Made by a program: the position numbers and the translations under genes. A stretch of DNA of 62,902 nt, filler included, from Sphacelaria rigidula (taxonomy: Eukaryota), in assembly GCA_964200075.2 (NCBI GenBank). It is 9 parts of 9 records of this genome, joined end to end, with 100 filler letters (N's around TTAATTAATTAA, not from the genome) between each part and the next. Parts side by side here need not be neighbours in the genome. Positions count along the whole stretch, not along the records: positions 35,003 to 41,902 come from CAXNAA020017504.1; positions 42,003 to 48,902 come from CAXNAA020017505.1; positions 49,003 to 55,902 come from CAXNAA020017506.1; 6 more parts are not named here. One strand, given 5' to 3'. Below, piece by piece: positions 37,621-49,070 of this stretch. Below the pieces are notes generated by a model. It made no database searches. It was not told the DNA's origin and saw nothing but the letters and a program-made list of their open reading frames with translations. The first letter of the stretch is position 1. The number at the start of each line of letters is the position of its first letter.

Positions 37621-38269
37621 TTGCATGATTCTACAAAGCGCAATTGCTTAATGTAGCGCCATCTGACTTCTTGGCTCATGTTTTGGATCATGGTTGTGAT
37701 TTCGATCGGAATCAATGGCGCCTACAGTTGTGCTTTTCAGAGCTTGGTACGAGTATTTGACTCTGACTCTCCCAATTTTAAACCGACGAGACAGCTGACA
37801 TATTGCATCCATACATCGATTTATCTCATGTCCTCCAGACAGGTGGTGAAGCAACTGTATCACTCGGGCCTCCATTCCACCCAACTCGTACCACATCCGT
37901 TGTTGGGAGTGGATCTCGAAGGACAGACTCCTATTGAGTCAGCCAGATGAGGCGGGGGAGGAGCGGCGACGCTGCGGACGCGGTTGCCGGAACGCGGAGG
38001 TCTCGGCGGCAAAGGTTTCGCAGGGCCGACACAGCGGACACATCTTGCGGTGGTGACAGACGGACGGCGGAGCGGGGCTGCGTGGGTGCCGACGACGGTG
38101 CGAAGGGTGGGTGTTGGCACCCGCGCGGCGGTTCGGAAGACTCCACCATCGTGTATTGCGGAACTGACAGGCAGCGGGGAAATAGCGGCGGCAGCGGACC
38201 AAGGTCTGCGTGGTGCGGCGCTTCCCCAGCCTTCCAGTCTTTGCTGTGGTGGCGTAATGGCAGTAGGCC

Positions 38270-39557
38270 TGATCAGAGTATCCACAGCGCAGCTGGACCC
38301 GGGATAGGTGAGGGTGAGATGTCTACAGTCCACTGCATCATCCACTCCGGGAGGTTGTTCAAGAAACACTAGAAGAAGTGGCTGGTGATTTCGATCGATA
38401 CTGATCAGTGGATTATTGTGTTGCTAGCAATGTCCTCCGGGTATATCACGCCGCAGGGCTCCGACGCAGTGCAAGTCACTGTTGAACGATTGTGAGCGGT
38501 GGCCCCCGGTACATTCTCGAGAACAGGGTGTACAGCTCCACCGAGAATCTGAGGGATGGGAGTGAGAGCGCTTGGCCGCCCGCCGGACAGTATACGTGAT
38601 TGACGCCATCTATGAAGGTAGCATTATTTGTGTTGACCTGCCTTTTGGCTGGATGCGACTTCTTACCATATGTGTCCAGATTCCTTTCCTCAAGCTGTGG
38701 GGTTTCGTGCTGAAGCCCCTGCGTACGCCGAATCTGTTTACAGCACCGATATTCACGGGAGAGGACGGCATCCTGGGAGTGGACATCGATGAGGGCGTGG
38801 AGCTTGCGGCCGACATGTTTTCTTCCAGGGACGAAAACGCTTCTGCGCAAATCGCCACGGATCCAGGGCTTCTTTTCGCCACGGGGGGGGGTGGAACTTG
38901 GGATCGTATGTCGACAAGATCCGCCTGTGTATCACCACAGCACATGGGCATATGCCTTCCCGGTGCTGCGCAGACTTGGACGCCTGCCGCAAGCACGTGA
39001 GTAACACTGACGCGGTATTCGAACACTGGGGAGGGAGGTTTCAGAAGAAGATGCCCACGGTGGACTTCACCGGCCGCGGTTGGGTTGTTGAACCTCAGAA
39101 GACTCATCACAAGCGGGGCATAAAACTGGAGAGCAGAGAGGCAGAGGCGCTCACGCGAGACAACATCGTTATTTATTTATCAAGCCACAAGTATGATGAT
39201 GGGTCCGGGAACGTGCGGACCCTGAGGTGCTTATGTAACCCGGCAAAGGCGCCACAAAGAGACCACTGCTGCAAAAAATGTAGGTGTCTGGGGAACTACA
39301 CGCTGAGCTGCGGTTGCCAGGGTCGCTGCTTGCTACCCCCGCCGTCCTCTGGGGCAACCGAGGCAACTTCCAGTGGTGATGCTGACAGTAGAAATGTCGG
39401 TGCACGTGAACGAACTATTTCTGCAGGGGCGGATCCGCGGCGAACCGTGGGAGGCGCGGATCCACAGCGAAGCGCGGGAGGGGCGGACCCACGGCGGACC
39501 GTGGAAGGGCCAAGGCGAGTGGAGCGACCAACGCGTCGAGGGCAGCAGTCAGCGTGA
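38270..39557 (+). pseudogene. decayed XPG/FEN1-like (PIN) nuclease plus C-terminal Cys-rich finger; Academ-like transposase relic
   Basis: Ordered motifs across stops and frameshifts: PGIGEGEM, WLVISIDTDQWIIVLLA (after TAG 38370-38372), PRYILENRVY, LLAGCDFLP (AGCDF at 38648-38662), H..NT..V..HW...GRGW, and CLC...CCKKCRC...TLSCGCQGRC. Confidence 0.62.
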
Positions 39558-42500
39558 GGCACGGCGATGAGCCGCGCGGGTTTGGCGGCGGGAGTGTGGT
39601 GGGAGAGGGATGGGGTCTAGCAATATCCCCAAATAGTCGTTATTGTCGCGACGGTGGGCATGAAGACTACAACAGCGTCGGGTCAAGAAGTGCAGCCGGC
39701 ATCAGAATTGGATATTCCGATTTGGAGTGCAGCGGGTCGGAGACAGATGACCCGGCAACGGAGGCAGAGAATAACTATGATGATTTCATGTTTTGATTGC
39801 GCCTGATGGACGAATTGTAAATATTATTTTGGTTTGTAAAGTGGACTATTGCATTTGCGTTTTTCAGTATTGTCTTCTCCAGGAGGTGGTCGCAGAGCTC
39901 GCCTCGTGTACATAGCAATGGTGATCTTTGCATGGTGCAGTGTGCCCTTTGGGGCACAAGTGTGTTGAGGTTGATGTGCTGACGCCCTTGGGCGAATCTC
40001 CGGTCGAACGTGAGTGCAGATACTAATGAAGACCGGACGAGTTCATATCAAAGATGACTGTAGGTCCAACTCTGAACCAAACCACGGTCTCCAAGTTTGT
40101 CTTTTGTTAATCCTACCTGCGTCTGTCATTGCACAGTCATCAGCACTAGTCTGTGGCTGGAATGAACGGTGGTCTGACATCGAGCGAACCGCCGGCAATC
40201 ATTGCTGTGACTAGTTGTGATGAACGCTGGGGGGAAGCAAGTCCGAACGCGTTCTCCAATGCTTCCTCTTCAGCAAGCTGAACCACTCTGCAGCGCAGCG
40301 GATGGTCGATGTGACCACCTTGCCTCCGATTCGTACCACAGTTCCCCTTCGACAGTATCGCCCCCTTTTGATGCGGAGGAGTAACGGTATCGCAGACGGT
40401 GGAAGCTATCGGCGCAGTACAGGTGGCGACATAACTTGAGAAGCTCTAATCTGAGGCGAGGCTCGTTTCTTATTCTTATCGCCGAGCCAAGTATATTTCT
40501 TAGAGCCATTTCCTTACTTTCCGCACACAACAATGTATTCGTGAGATTGAGAATCTACGATACGATAGAGAGTAGGCTTTTAATGGCTTTCAGCGGCCAG
40601 AAGTGTCTGCATCATTAATGGACAAAACGCTTACCTCGCACATTCGTGAAAAATCCTGCCGGCAAACCTAACAATGTTTCCGTGAAATCGAGCGTTGAAA
40701 GTACGATCGAGAGTGAGGTTTTATTCATAACATGTCTCGCTGTGCCGGTTCCGATGATGAGACAAAAAGTTTACATGTGTAGCATGTTGGAACATTCCCG
40801 CCACCTGTTGCCTGAATGGAATGGCAGAATTATGTTGGACAATGTTGCGCGCTGGCCCACAGGCGCGCATTTGTGGAAAATTGCACCGTTCAAGAGGTCT
40901 TCAAAGAAGTGTGAGTCGTGCGGTTCGAGTTAAAGATACGAGTTAGCCAGGTTGTGCCCGAATTCATTCGCAAATGCAGTTGATGCCACCATTCGTGTGG
41001 ACTTGGGGCTCGTGGATATCTTGAAATCACGGTTCTGTTCAACAATTTCGCCGCAGTTTGAGTGCAAGCCTGGTCCGGCGAAAACCTGGCGTGCTCCGTT
41101 CCGACTTTGTAGGGATGCGAGGTCAATGGTCTTATGGCTATGGCATGCATGATCACGAGTACACCCCCCCCCCTCCGGCGGTCGTAGGATTTTTTTTTCC
41201 ACAGTAAGAAACACTCTATATACAGCCATTTTAGGGCGACTTGGGTGAAGTAGCGCCCATGACCGTTGGCCCTATCTGCCACCACAACACTGGAGGCAAA
41301 TTGGCGGTGCAGATAGATGCGCCAAGCTCGATTGAGGAAGCATTGTAGATCATTGCGGTATTTGTCTGGTCTTGTTCTTGTTGTGGAATTGTGATGTGCA
41401 ATGTAGTGCCGAAACTAATGAATTTAACTCGGCCTTAGTTCCGGAGGTATGCAAAGAATTGAATAATCGTTAGCACGAATTGCTTTTCTTTATTTACTTT
41501 TTCACTTCTTTACTTCTTTTTTTATACATGGGATTTAGTAAGGCCCACTATTATGTCAAACGAATCCCGATATTTTGGACCCCGATTTTTTCAAAATCGG
41601 GGGAACTCAAATTCGTGTACTCAAAATCGGGGTGACCATTTCATGGCACAGACGGGTACAGTACCACAAATTTGTGAAACGGTTCTGTACATAGACGGTC
41701 ATTTTTTGCATGAGTGTCGTACTGCGTTCTCGCGCATGAAGCCGAAGAGCAGGCAGGCGGTAAACAATCGAACAATCCTTCGAGTGCAGTGTCGTACCTT
41801 GATACTCTAGGGTAATACGGTGTAGGACACTTCATCAGTAAACAGCCGATCCTAATTTTTGGGGTTGAAACAAAATATGAGGTTGAAGTCCCATCCCTTC
41901 ATNNNNNNNNNNNNNNNNNNNNNNNNNNNNNNNNNNNNNNNNNNNNTTAATTAATTAANNNNNNNNNNNNNNNNNNNNNNNNNNNNNNNNNNNNNNNNNN
42001 NNTGGCGGAACTTGACGACTTGGATGTATCCATCGTCGCGGGAGCCGAAGACGAGAGAATTGTAGTTCCGTTAGGGGAGGACACCCCAGGGGCCGGGGCG
42101 GGGGTAGAAGACGCTAAGATATAGACACCTTGACAGATGTCCGTTGGTGGTAATTTTACTGGATGGTTTTGTGGTGGACGGAGCCACGGTTGTCTCGTCC
42201 AGGTAGGTCTCTGTGCCCCCATTTTTCTTGCAGAGCAATGATCGTTTTGAAAAGGGGTACGTATTCCGCTTGAGACCCATTTCTCCACGATGGTGTGTTT
42301 GCGGTAGGTGTCCATTTGTGTTATTTTTTCGTAAAAATGATGCTGTAGGGGCCTTATTGATCATTTCACTTGAAAATAACACAAATGGACACCTGCCGCA
42401 AACACACCATAGTGGGGAAGAGTGCCACAAACATACCATCCAAAGGGGTTAGTACGATTTGCAGTGGTCACGATATCACCAAATCCTACTGTTGGTTCAC

Positions 42501-42976
42501 CAGGCTTCCACCATGTCTCGCGCCTCACTCGTCCGTCACTTCAGTGATTGATGATTGGTCCTTGGGTTGTCCAGAAAAGACACAAGCAAGCGAGTCATAC
42601 CACGTGAAAAAGTAAATGACTCGAGCACGAGCACTCGAGTCGTTGCTCACTATTCAAAAAATGAATGGGGCGAGCACTCGAGTCATTACTCGATGTAAAA
42701 AAGTTGATGACTCGGGCACACGCGTCATGCTCGTTGTGTTTTGGAAAAAAGCCCACGACTGCAGTCGTCTAAACGAGTAATGACTCGTCCGACCTGTGGC
42801 ATTTTGTCCTTATCGATCTTATATTTCCGAACACGGGGAGTAGTTGCTACCAGTATTCACTATTAACTACCCATGTTTTTTTTTCTCCATTAGTTCTTCA
42901 TTTTTCGTGTTTTGTTTCGTTGGGTCGTTTTGTTTTTTGCATTTTGTGTTGTTTTGTTTTTCGTTTGTCGAACCAG

Positions 42977-43088
42977 ATTCGCGTTCTCGGAGGTGCCGAC
43001 AAACGACGGCGATAAGGGAGAGTACGGCGATATTTTGCTGCAGGTTATGGATGCCGAAGATGCTGAGTATGGAGGCCCGTTGGAAGAT
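42977..43088 (+). CDS. penultimate exon of an unidentified gene (C-terminal acidic tail; possibly TMEM87/GPR107-like)
   Basis: Pyrimidine tract plus CAG acceptor, GTAAG donor. Encodes (R)FAFSEVPTNDGDKGEYGDILLQVMDAEDAEYGGPLED. The family guess rests only on RFAFS plus an acidic tail. Confidence 0.6.
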
Positions 43089-43580
43089 GTAAGTTTTTTT
43101 TTTCCCCTTCATTCAAATTTATCTATGGGTGTTTCGGTTGTGATTCAGTATGTTGTATGAATGTATCTATTGCATCTCGTTGTGTTGTGGAGGGAAGCTG
43201 GATACGAAGAGTTTAGTGCGCGAATAGTTTTGACTCTTTAATTGCCGAACAAATAGAAGGAAAACGAACAACTCGCTGCTGCACACACCGTTTCATTGAT
43301 GATGTGAGTACAAGTACTACAGCACAGCCAGTGCAACTATTGACTTTGTACTGTAGTGTCGTACGTTTGTAGTGTGTTGAGGTCTGCAGTATGCTTCGAG
43401 TATCACCACTATACAGTAGAGCGTACGTGTTTGTCGTCAAAAATGGTTGACAGCTTTTATTACTTGACTTTAGCGTAAACACCGATATCCGGATCTTCAG
43501 TCGTGCTGACTGTCCCACGTGCCCGTAGCTTGCGCCGAAGGGTTCTTCTCCAGGAACCCGCCGCGCCCCGGTTGTCTTAT

Positions 43581-43851
43581 GGCTGCGTTCTGTAGGGTAC
43601 GGGTATATTCGGCAGGTTATGGTATTCCTTACAGAAATTACAGAACGTGTCGTGTACGTATAGAGGTCACACAGGCACCGTTACCTGCAACTGGGTATTT
43701 CTAAGGTGGAATACCAATATCACACAAGCGTCGGGTGCCGTTTTGTCAGGCTTACAAATCTTGCAGAACTGTCGGATACGGATAGTACCCGGGTGAATAC
43801 CGGGTTGAATACTCGGGGTACAAATATAGCATACCCTACAAAAACACAACT
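43581..43851. mobile_element. MITE of the GGTTGTGTT-terminus family
   Basis: GGCTGCGTTCTGTAGGGTA...TACCCTACAAAAACACAACT. Confidence 0.7.
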
Positions 43852-44273
43852 TCGGAAAGTTGTATGTAAAGTCGATGCGATTCTCAAAATTAACATGATT
43901 TTACCGTCGGAGACCTGGGATGTTTACTCTATCAGTACGTCCGCCGTTCAGAAACTTGTTAACGCCAACCAGCTTCGCTTCCTATGATCAGTAAGTAGTA
44001 CCTGTGCACGCTTTCCCCCAAGAAAAAGGAGGTGTATTTCGGTCGCTAGTCCGGTGGTTTCTTGCTTGCCCTCTGCCGATATGGTTGATTTGATTCGGCA
44101 CCCGCCGCACAATCTCACCTGGTAGTGCTAAACACCTGCACACAGTACAGGGAGAGCCTCAGGCCCTGATGAGTCAACACTGAAGAAAAAACTCCTGAAC
44201 TTTCTTATTTGTTGTTGTTCGTTGCTGCTGCTGCCGATGTTGTGATTGCTGCTGCTATGTTTTGTGACCACAG

Positions 44274-44363
44274 GATGAAGGCAAAGGAGACGAGTTCGTT
44301 TCACACGCCAACGGTGGCAGCTCTGTCAAAAAGACGAAATCCGATCGGCAAAACGTGGACTAG
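44274..44363 (+). CDS. probable last coding exon of the same gene
   Basis: CACAG acceptor, phase 0. Encodes DEGKGDEFVSHANGGSSVKKTKSDRQNVD-TAG. Confidence 0.5.
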   Translation, partial: DEGKGDEFVSHANGGSSVKKTKSDRQNVD

Positions 44364-45045
44364 CCCCTTGATCGCGAAGTGATCCCCATTTATTGTTTTA
44401 TTGTTTCATTTTTGTATTTCTTGTGGGGGGTTTTAACGTCAATGTTCGCCTGATGAGCGACGGGGGAAGTGTGTTTGTCATCCGCTCTCGCGGGAAAAGA
44501 AGAAAATCTACGAGCGCAAAGGGTTGACTCGAGTTCAGACCTCACCTTACCTACGTTTAGTACGGCAAAACGCCAACGTAACGAACATGATAGTTTTATT
44601 AATGTTACTTGTTTTCCCGTCGTTTTCGCTGTACGTACTGTACTGTACCGTGCTGTGTTGTACCGCATGGAGGGAGGAAATGTGCCGCTGTTTGTTTTGT
44701 GTATCTTGTGTGTGGATCTACTCTTTCGTGTGTTGCCTGTTTTTTTTGTCAAGAAGACTTCGACTGGGCGGTAGTCTATGTTATGGTGCGTCGAAAAGAG
44801 GGTGATGGGGGTGGAGTATATCCTTCGTCCGTTCTTCTTGCGAGCAATGAGAACCGTAAGAAACAAGACTGCACCACTTGTACAGGCGTGTTTCAATTTC
44901 GGCCAATCCCTGGACGTGGGCCGTCACTACTGTAACAAGGTCAGATTTTGATGTGGGTGCAGACCTTCTGTGGAAGCTGGGCATTGTTGGTGTCGCCGAC
45001 GGCCGCAAACTTTGCCATTTTTGTTCTGTTGAAAGTGAGGAATTA

Positions 45046-45514
45046 GGGTACTTCTCATGTATTGAAAAGTAAATGTTGTTGAAGAGTGGTTTTTTGGCCC
45101 TTCTCCGTCGTTTTTGTCCCCCAAAGAGGGCTCGGCGGACGTGAACACCTTGGAATGACTTGCTCTACTCGCAGAGACTGTTCCAGAGCACCTTTGCGTT
45201 TTCTGAAGGTCAAAGTTCCGTTCTTGGCCAAAAATGCTTTCTCAACAATAAACGGTTGAGTTATTGAAAACATGGCAGTTTTCCCCCTGTTTTTCGATAA
45301 CTTGACCATTTGTTATTGAAAATGCATTTTTGGCCAAGAACGAAACTGTGACCTAGAGAAAACGCAAAGGTACTCTGGAACGGTCTCAGCGAGTAGAGCA
45401 AGTCATCCAAGGTGTCCACGTCCGCCGAGCCCTCTTTTGGGGACAAGAACGACGGAGAAGGGCCAAAAAAGCACTTCTCAACAACGTTTACTTTTCGATA
45501 CATGAGAAGTAGCC
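45046..45514. mobile_element. PIF/Harbinger-type foldback MITE
   Basis: About 225-bp inverted arms GGGTACTTCTCATG...CATGAGAAGTAGCC, with TTA duplicated on both flanks (45043-45045, 45515-45517). Confidence 0.85.
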
Positions 45515-45741
45515 TTACGCAGTTTTTTTCTTCTCTTCTGGTTCTGTCTTTCTCTCCATACTTGATTTTCTAATCTGCTTGCTTGCCTGACTGTCTTTTT
45601 TTCTCTTCTTATTCTTTTGACACAGTCGGAAGTCGAACAATGTCTGCTGAAGAAATCCTGGACGAGCATTGCCTACGCGCGTAACGTAAGACCGCCCCCC
45701 CTTCTCTCTCTCTTGAATAGGGAAAGAGTACTGTTCCACTT

Positions 45742-46350
45742 GGGGGGCGTCCTCATTCGTTGCTTGCCTTCGTCGCCTGACCATTGACCACACACCCCTT
45801 TCAAGACGGAGTACCGTTCCTACTCCTAATAGACATATCCAACATTTGGGCGCTCATTAGTTTTCGTAAATTACACAGAAAAACCTTTTACATATCTTAT
45901 CTCTGTCCAGTTTCGCCGTCTGTGGCCACCATCTATCTCCTAGCATAGGCATCGTTTTCTCCCTTCTGTCCAATGCATTGAACGATTTCATGCCACCTTC
46001 GTTCACGCCCTACATTTCCCCCTCTAGCACGTCCCGTTTCTTCTTGTATTGTTCACATCCTGCCACTGTATGGCTTCTGCTCTCTATTGTTTTGCCACAG
46101 AGGCAATTCTGTTCATCTATTTCCTCCTCCCCTGGACGACTGGTGAATCTCTTTCTTCTTTCTGACATGTCCAGGTGCCCTACCCGAATCGCGGTTTAAA
46201 AATATTCCATTAGGCCACATTCAAATATGCGTTCATCCTCATCCCTTCTCTCAGCCCCCCGTACATCTTGCGGTGTTCTTCCTCGTCTACTTTGCGTCCG
46301 AGCCCTCCTTTTCGCCTGATTTTACCATGTCTCGTACTTTTGTCTTGCAC
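45742..46350 (-). mobile_element. 3' end of the RTEX-like LINE family, ending in a C-run
   Basis: 46000-46350 is homologous to 28003-28350. It continues to ...GGCAAGCAACGAATGAGGACGCCCCCC. Another fragment lies at 21003-21065. Confidence 0.8.
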
Positions 46351-49070
46351 GCCCCGCCCCCGCCTTCATTTATTCCAATTCCAATTTCACGAAGTGGAGT
46401 TGGTTTCTGCTGCGGGTAAAAAATCGAGTAAGTGTTTTTCTGCGACTCGGTTTTCGCGTCGGGTTTCTTGCGTCCTGATTCTTGCCATCGGTCGGACCAT
46501 TACACCACCGGGGCGCGGCAGTTAAGATTCAACAACTTTCAGTGTGGATTATCATCTTCCTATCTATTCTGGACGCCAGTCTATTCCTTTCGGTACATGT
46601 GGGCGTATCAACCGGGGTCATATAGGAGTTTTCTTGCGTCGGGATTCTCGCGATCGGATTCTAGCGATAGTTTCTTTGCTAGATTTTTCCAGTCTAAAAC
46701 CCTAACCCTAACCCTAACCCTAACCCCAACCTCAACCCCAGCGAAGACATACCGAGAACCCTCGGGCACGGGGGTGCAACGTGTTCCCTAGGCGAAGTGT
46801 GCATTTCCAGACCTCAAATCGGCACCCTAGGCGCCGATTTTGCGCCGATTTTGACGAAAACGTGTTCTGCGCACACCAGGAGCACGCCAGGAGCACAGCC
46901 CCCTTTGAGCCCTAGACAGCGGTGCGGATAGTCCATCTGGATCACGCATACTTCTTTCAGGTGAATATTGATGCCGATTCAGCAGTGAACTACCCTCGGG
47001 ATCAAAGGGTTAAAGATCCGGATTTCGGTGTCTACACTAAAATTCAACACTGCACCTCTTCACGAGCCGTAAATTTCCGAGAATCAACTTGAACTACCAA
47101 GTGGTGAAGTCTACAGTCAAAATCGAAGTCTTGAGTGAGAACGACTGCCAGGGATATCGGGTCCAAAAGGAAATTAATCAAAAAATAAATCTTCCTTCGT
47201 CCATCCATGTCTCTTCCCCCGCGCCCTACAGCCCACTCCCCGCCCCGTCAATCCTCAATGCACGTCTTAGACAAAGATTGTTTCCCTCAAAATCAACAAC
47301 GCGAGAGGGAAAGCCAATTCTGCATCGAAAGAACCAGTTATTGTCGGCTACTTGGCCCCCCTCGACGACGAAGCAAAAGCCTTCTTCGCCACACTATCCG
47401 AGTACGACAAAGATGCCCTTACGTCGCTTTACGGCGATACATCCCAAACCGTAATCGAAGAAATGATAAATGATGAACAGTCGCACGACAAATCGCCTTC
47501 TCCCATGAAGAGGGAAAAGCAGGAAGATGGTGTTTACAAGCAACTGGCCACGTTTCAGATCCAGGCGGATGACGACGGCTGCACGCACTGAATTCAATTA
47601 CACTGGCGGAGCGCGTGATTTTCGAGCAGCACGCGCGCTAGCATTTCCGTGTTACCGACACCGTGCCAACGCGCTTGTGCAGTACAGAGTTGTACTCTCC
47701 TATGGCAGCCCATCACGGTAGTGCTCCTCATGTTTCATGACGCTTTATTCGAGAGCACGCAGGAGAGATGCCAGCGAGTCCATCGCTGTTGCACTTTGAG
47801 GTGTGGTGTACCAGTTTTTCGATCTAGTACTACCGCATGCTCCGTGCCGTACGAACTAGTATACCGTATCAGTTCAAGAACGGAAATGCATGAAATAAAC
47901 GCCACCGATATGCTCTGGTTATCATGGACTGTACTGTGTACGAGGCGAGGGGACCGTAGGTTTTGGTAATGAATGCAAGGACGCAACGATACTGCAGTAC
48001 AGGTAGTTTTCATGCAACACGTGACTCGAACGAGACACAAGCAAAGCATTCACATGATGATACCTGGACGTTTTGGTACTGAAACGAGTCCACCAGTCAC
48101 TCCACTACCTACCGTAAGCAGATAAATACCACGTTTAAATACAAAATAAGTTACGGGCAGACCTTTATTTTAGAGTAGAGTGCCCAGCCGAGACCACTCC
48201 GGGTTCACCACCAAAATCCGAGACAGCAACGTCCCAAACACCGAAATAGATTGACATTGGAAGCGCTCTGGACACAGGGCAACCTACAAAAATTCGACTA
48301 ACTGGTTTTTGCGACTCCGTCTTCGCGAGAAGATTTTGGCGACTCCACGTTTGGCCATGTTTGTCAGGATTTCTGCGGCCTTATTCTTGCGATCGGATTC
48401 TTGCGATATTTGACTTGCTAGATTTTTCCACTCCAAAAGCCCTACCGATATCGGTTTTTGGGGATAATTTCGTCAAAAAGACACCAAATGCATCCTGCTC
48501 CATGGAGCACCTGGACACACAGCAGGTACCGCTGCCTACCTAGTATCATCTTCCAAATCGAGGTCGTGAGTGAGAACCCCTAGCATTTGGTGCTCATGTA
48601 AAAGGAAGGATCATCTCCATCTAGTATCATACTCCAAAACATACCTGACAACGTGGCAATACCCCCGTACAGGCAGTAGCGATGCTAGCGGATCCTACGT
48701 CCTGACAATGTGTGACAGTCTGGCAGCCGGCGGTGGTTATGGTAGTGTCCTCCTAGCGATGTCAACTCACAGTGCACCGTAGCAGAGCTTGCAGATGAAT
48801 ATTTCGGCGATTGCGCCTCATCTACAGTTCGCCCAGATAACAGGGTTGCCAGAAAAATGAGAACGTATTTTGAAATGAGAATCAACCGCTCCCCGGGATT
48901 GTNNNNNNNNNNNNNNNNNNNNNNNNNNNNNNNNNNNNNNNNNNNNTTAATTAATTAANNNNNNNNNNNNNNNNNNNNNNNNNNNNNNNNNNNNNNNNNN
49001 NNGCTCCGTCTCGAAAGGGATGCGTGGTCAATGGTCACACGACTAAGGCAAGCAACAAATGAGTACGCCC

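Noticed and set aside
46697-46730. (CCCTAA)n as a chromosome end
   Set aside because: The tract is short, internal and embedded in a dispersed repeat.
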